Positions 17,134 to 20,790 of a stretch of DNA of 20,790 nucleotides are shown here, one piece after another. Numbering within the stretch: the first letter of the stretch is position 1; each line of letters starts with the position of its first letter. Made by a program: the position numbers and the translations under genes. Origin of the DNA: Candidatus Hermodarchaeota archaeon (GTDB lineage Archaea > Asgardarchaeota > Heimdallarchaeia > Hodarchaeales > Hodarchaeaceae). A model generated the notes under the pieces. The model made no database searches. It saw only the letters and a list, made by a program, of their open reading frames with translations, and was not told the origin of the DNA. The stretch spans positions 1 to 20,790 of the forward strand of contig JBHLKY010000041.1 in NCBI GenBank assembly GCA_048886185.1, written 5' to 3'.

Positions 17134-19223
17134 TTATACACTCTCCTAACATACTTTGCCATTTGTTGATTTTTAAAAAGCATAAGAGGAAGAAGAACGA
17201 CTATAGGAACCATTAAAATTGTTATAAAGGGAATTAACTGATATGTGATCTGTTTAAGTGTATCTCCCAATCGTAGAAGGTTGTAATTTCCCTGAAGTTC
17301 AACCTCAATATTGTGTAAGGAACTATTGGATGCAAGTGTTGATAGACGATTCCAAGAATCTGTAGTTTCCTCATATTGATATAAACATAATTCAGTAGGA
17401 GATAATCCCTCCACTTCAAGAGAATCATAATAACAACGAAAACGAAAAACAGTTACTGAATTATCTACTTTTACAGTGAAAAATTTCCCTAAAGCGTTTT
17501 GAGAAGGGAGAAAGGCATCTAGGTTATGACTCATCTTCATAGTTACAGTTAGTGGTTCATTAGCAGGATTAAAAATAATGGCATCAGTAACAGGAAAGTA
17601 GATGGCTTTATCTTTGATTTCAACATCTAATACTGTCTTTGGAAGATTAGAACTCGACTTCTGAACTTTCAATTGAGGGGAATAAGAAAAGGAGGAATTA
17701 GATATTGGATTTGTATAATTAAAATTAAATCGAAAACTACCACTGAGATGGAAGTATGGAGTAAGATCTTTCGATTGCCAATACCAGTATCTACGTGAAA
17801 ATAGAAGTAAGTATGGAGATTCTTCTTGAGATACTTGTTGGACTAAACTATAATAATATTCTCGCTCTTGAAGAACAGGAGTAGATCGACCCAAGGTAGT
17901 ATAACTATCTATTAATGGGTTTGAAAAACCACCAACATTTTTCACCCCGGTAGAATGAAGGAGAGGATAGGTAAATCTTGGGTCGAAATCAATTACAAAG
18001 GCAACAGCTAAATCAAAATCACCCATATCGTCCCACTCGTCTTGGTAATATAGCTCACATATAATACCCAAGTCCTGAAGGTTTTCTAAAAAAGGATCAT
18101 ACGGATCGCTACCAGAGACAACTTTAAGTTTAAATCGGCTGCCATTTTCATATCGAGTATATCCTTCTTGATCAAGTAATTCATTAGCTAGTTTTGGATC
18201 ATAAGGGTATCCTTCAACTGAAGAATCATATCCAAGCATACCCTCAGGAATAATTGTTCGGAGTGGTTGTTTATTGAAGCTAGGATCAGTTTCAATCATA
18301 GCAATTTTATTTATCCCATAATTTATAGCAAGACGCACATTTCTATTAGCTAATATAGGATTACGATGATTAAACCAACCTAACACAAAAATAGGACGAT
18401 TAAAAACCTCTGATCGAACATAATATGGATGTGGTGATTCAATATCAGCACCAATTGAAACATAATCCAGCTTCTGGGATTCAATGTCTGCATCTAACTT
18501 ATTCTGATCATCATAGATTGTGTAGTGAATCTCTTTGAAAGGCGCTAGCCCTTCATGATATTGATCAAAACGACTGAAATGAAGGAATGTAGAATTAGAT
18601 TGCTCTAAATTAAAGACATAAGGCCCCGTACCAATTGGTGTGGTTAAGTATGATCCTTCAAAACTATTGGGAGAGATAAACATGAGCATCTGGGCTTCAC
18701 GGAGGAGAAAAGAAGCATAGGGTTCATAGAAATGAAAAGTAACCTGAAATTCGCTTACAATCTCAACAGATTCTAGAGGGACGTTATGAACTTCAATTTC
18801 AGAACTTCTATCGGTAGTAAATTTGACGGCTGAAGCATTAAACTTGGAACCATCATGGAAGATGATATCATCCCGAAGGTAAAATGTCCAGTGTTTACTA
18901 TCATTAGTTACAACCCATTGATAGGCAAGAACTGGAACAACCTCCTGGTTTATCTCATCAAACTCGACAAGAGGTTCATAAACTAATGAAAGTGGTACTT
19001 GGATCTTCTCATTGAGAGGGTCAAGTTCTACATTTGGACTTCCTCCCTTTCGTCCGGAACCAAACCGAGCTATATCAGGTAAATCTTGGTTAGATGACTG
19101 AATTATCTTGTTTAATGAAGCATAACTGCTATTATTGATTGGAAATTCTGACTCGGAGTATTTCCAACATGAAGTAAATATGAGGAAAAGAAATAGTAGA
19201 AGGATGATTTTGGAATGATTCAT
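17130..19223 (-). CDS. Family-5 solute-binding protein with extra C-terminal domain, TM anchor and basic tail (paralogue of 507..2801)
   Basis: VVPVLAYQWVVTNDSKHWTFYLRDDIIFHDGSKFNASAVKF, PIGTGPY, VRLAINYGINK. C-terminal helix LIPFITILMVPIVVLLPLMLF. Confidence 0.9.
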   Translation of the reverse strand: MNHSKIILLLFLFLIFTSCWKYSESEFPINNSSYASLNKIIQSSNQDLPDIARFGSGRKGGSPNVELDPLNEKIQVPLSLVYEPLVEFDEINQEVVPVLAYQWVVTNDSKHWTFYLRDDIIFHDGSKFNASAVKFTTDRSSEIEVHNVPLESVEIVSEFQVTFHFYEPYASFLLREAQMLMFISPNSFEGSYLTTPIGTGPYVFNLEQSNSTFLHFSRFDQYHEGLAPFKEIHYTIYDDQNKLDADIESQKLDYVSIGADIESPHPYYVRSEVFNRPIFVLGWFNHRNPILANRNVRLAINYGINKIAMIETDPSFNKQPLRTIIPEGMLGYDSSVEGYPYDPKLANELLDQEGYTRYENGSRFKLKVVSGSDPYDPFLENLQDLGIICELYYQDEWDDMGDFDLAVAFVIDFDPRFTYPLLHSTGVKNVGGFSNPLIDSYTTLGRSTPVLQEREYYYSLVQQVSQEESPYLLLFSRRYWYWQSKDLTPYFHLSGSFRFNFNYTNPISNSSFSYSPQLKVQKSSSNLPKTVLDVEIKDKAIYFPVTDAIIFNPANEPLTVTMKMSHNLDAFLPSQNALGKFFTVKVDNSVTVFRFRCYYDSLEVEGLSPTELCLYQYEETTDSWNRLSTLASNSSLHNIEVELQGNYNLLRLGDTLKQITYQLIPFITILMVPIVVLLPLMLFKNQQMAKYVRRVYK

Positions 19224-19304
19224 AATCCTAAACCTTACAAATTACTTTAGGAGCTTCTAATAATCAAAGTCCGATAATATTGCATTTTCCAATGAAAACT
19301 CCTC

Positions 19305-19348
19305 TTTTTAAGGTTAGCTATCGATTTTGATTGTACTAACGTTAGTAC
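19305..19348 (-). promoter_or_regulatory. TATA-like box and perfect 16-bp palindrome upstream of SBP2
   Basis: AACCTTAAAAA (minus, 19305-19315). GTACTAACGTTAGTAC (19333-19348), centred about 117 bp upstream of the start. Confidence 0.5.
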
Positions 19349-19423
19349 TAGACATAAAAATGAGTAAATGATAAATAAGCCTACCTCCAGATTCCTCTTG
19401 GCTTAATATGTCATAAAAAGTGA

Positions 19424-19441
19424 TATATACTACAGTATATA
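19424..19441. promoter_or_regulatory. Inverted repeat (8-2-8) abutting repeat R
   Basis: TATATACT-ac-AGTATATA. Confidence 0.35.
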
Positions 19442-19576
19442 CTTTTCGACGCGTGTTCTCGTAGTTCCATTTGGTTCTGCTACCGTGAAATTAATCAAAT
19501 TCTGGAAGCCGAGGGCTAACCCAATAAAACATCCTATAAAGACGATTCTTTTGATAGTATCAGTCGTAAATGTCAT
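19430..19576 (-). CDS. Small ORF (48 aa), signal-peptide-like, possible peptide precursor; not in the ORF track
   Basis: MTFTTDTIKRIVFIGCFIGLALGFQNLINFTVAEPNGTTRTRVEKYIL*. First 10 codons identical to the 16125 start of the propeller gene. Confidence 0.45.
   Translation of the reverse strand: MTFTTDTIKRIVFIGCFIGLALGFQNLINFTVAEPNGTTRTRVEKYIL
19443..19483. repeat. 41-bp exact direct repeat R, copy 2
   Basis: Identical to 16357-16397, offset 3086 bp. Confidence 0.95.
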
Positions 19577-19835
19577 TTTCACTTTTTCTGCGAGTAGAAT
19601 AACTATTAAACATCCATAAATAACTCTCTTCTTGACTTAAATCACCTTTCTTCAATGTAATCATTTATACCGGTAGATAATTATGTTATGTATTTTTAAT
19701 ATTTACTTTCTGTTAGTAGAATGGACTATTTGATCTCACCTAGCATTTACTTCTTAATTTTCCAATATTCTTATCTAATATTATGGTTTTTCGGAATTTA
19801 TTTTCATTAAACTTTCGTAAATTTCATATAAAAAT
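19545..19835. repeat. Promoter + gene-start block, copy A'
   Basis: 19545-19671 matches 16094-16220 at 124/127. Weaker gapped similarity to about 19835. Confidence 0.9.
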
Positions 19836-19854
19836 CTTTCTACATATATTTGGC

Positions 19855-19893
19855 TGTACAAACAACTGTACAGGTTGTACAGGTAGATGTACA
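19855..19893. promoter_or_regulatory. Phased array of four TGTACA palindromic hexamers
   Basis: TGTACA at 19855, 19867, 19876, 19888 (spacing 12-9-12), just upstream (minus strand) of GAAAGATTTTTATATG. Confidence 0.55.
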
Positions 19894-20081
19894 GCAAATT
19901 TTCCCCTTTATCAAATTGAAGCGAAGGTAGTAAACCTTGTAGTCAGATCCAGCGTGAATCAATAGAGGGCTTGGTTCGTTATCAAAACAGTTTTTCTTTA
20001 ACCATTCTTCGGTTTCAGAGGTTTATTTGCACAAAAGAAAAATGAAAAAAGGTAGACTACTCCCTCTAATCTTTTTCTTTT

Positions 20082-20790
20082 TCAAGTTAGATTTCTCCTT
20101 CTACGGACAAAAACAATGATTACTATTAGTGAGAAGATGATGAAAGGGAACTCAAATGGTGTAATACCCGATTCACTGTCACTAATTGTCAAAGGGCTTG
20201 ATGAAAACATTGTACGTGACGACGAACTGGTTGATGAGCGAGTAGTGATGGAGGGTTCAGTGGTAGGCTGTTCTAACCACGCAGAAATATTACCAACACT
20301 CACACAGCCCGTTCCATGGGAAGCTACATATCCATGATGTACGATTTGAAAAGAAAAACTTCCACTTGCACTTTCGGAAACCTCGGCAAGAGAGCATTTA
20401 AAATTATAAGAGACAATATAATCACACGAAACATGGGAAACATAAATCTCAGAACGTGTCTGGTTTGGATAAACTTGGAATGATAAATTTCCAGTTAGAC
20501 CACGAGGCCAAATCTCATTCATGGACCAATCTATCATCGAGATATTCACAGCAGAAGTAGAATTTGCATGAACAGTAACTGACAAATTCCATGTTGTACC
20601 AATTTTAAATCCCTCATACCAATGGTTTAAAAGAATGGTTTCTTCTGTAGTGTTGCTAAAGAAAAAGCTTCCCAATTCGGGACTTAAATGATCAACCTCT
20701 ACCGGAATAGAAGTACCTACTCCTACAACTATCTGATGAATGGAAAAAATTACCACAACTGTCATGATGAAAGTGATAACAGTCTTTCCC
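20082..20790 (-). CDS. Secreted, C-terminally anchored protein of unknown function; 5' end probably beyond the window
   Basis: The frame stays open upstream of ATG 20765 to the window edge (GKTVITFI-MTVVVIFS...). S/T-rich stalk, TPFEFP + hydrophobic helix + RRRR. Confidence 0.8.
   Translation of the reverse strand, partial: GKTVITFIMTVVVIFSIHQIVVGVGTSIPVEVDHLSPELGSFFFSNTTEETILLNHWYEGFKIGTTWNLSVTVHANSTSAVNISMIDWSMNEIWPRGLTGNLSFQVYPNQTRSEIYVSHVSCDYIVSYNFKCSLAEVSESASGSFSFQIVHHGYVASHGTGCVSVGNISAWLEQPTTEPSITTRSSTSSSSRTMFSSSPLTISDSESGITPFEFPFIIFSLIVIIVFVRRRRNLT

Noticed and set aside
3268-19671. Diversity-generating retroelement (TR/VR) reading of the near-identical repeat pairs
   Set aside because: Mismatches are not confined to adenines of one copy (98-bp pair: 5 of 8 at A, others at T/G/C; 127-bp pair includes a G/C change), the repeats are not at gene 3' ends, and no reverse transcriptase is in the window.
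14923-19893. CRISPR array from the propeller repeats, repeat R or the TGTACA array
   Set aside because: The propeller repeats are in-frame coding units, R has only two copies 3 kb apart, and the TGTACA units are 6 bp with 3-6 bp gaps.
625-20337. Short ORFs nested in or antisense to long genes (e.g. 625..807, 4005..4322, 4519..4722, 4844..5047, 5048..5239, 7767..8033, 7789..7983, 8669..8911, 10723..10926, 12720..12932, 12929..13144, 13829..14185, 14204..14443, 14738..14953, 15811..15999, 15965..16168, 16204..16527, 16867..17049, 17234..17428, 19783..19965, 20116..20337)
   Set aside because: Shadow frames of well-supported genes or intergenic repeats, with no motifs or independent signals.

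Overview
AT-rich archaeal-looking window (Asgard/Heimdallarchaeia-like by gene style; inference only) with nearly all genes on the minus strand, dominated by cell-surface and membrane proteins. Recognisable genes: a nitroreductase, a wHTH regulator + FtsX/MacB-type permease + two LolD/MacB-like ATPases operon, a LamG/beta-helix surface protein, a 7-repeat beta-propeller surface protein, several unknown secreted proteins and a 5'-truncated RDD gene. The most striking feature is a two-gene module present twice (1-2801 and 16564-19223). It consists of an orphan family-5 (DppA/OppA-like) solute-binding protein with an extra domain, a C-terminal TM helix and a conserved cytoplasmic tail, translationally coupled to a membrane-tethered winged-helix transcription factor that has only a tiny external loop. 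No Dpp/Opp permease or ATPase is nearby, which suggests a receptor plus transmembrane-TF signalling pair. The second module is bracketed by two unannotated ~50-aa signal-peptide-like ORFs sharing an identical 14-aa C-terminal motif (an exact 41-bp direct repeat), raising the possibility of an archaeal peptide-signalling cassette. Duplicated promoter/gene-start blocks, a phased TGTACA array and perfect dyads upstream of both SBP genes are also present. No tRNA/rRNA, CRISPR array, transposase, integrase or reverse transcriptase was seen.
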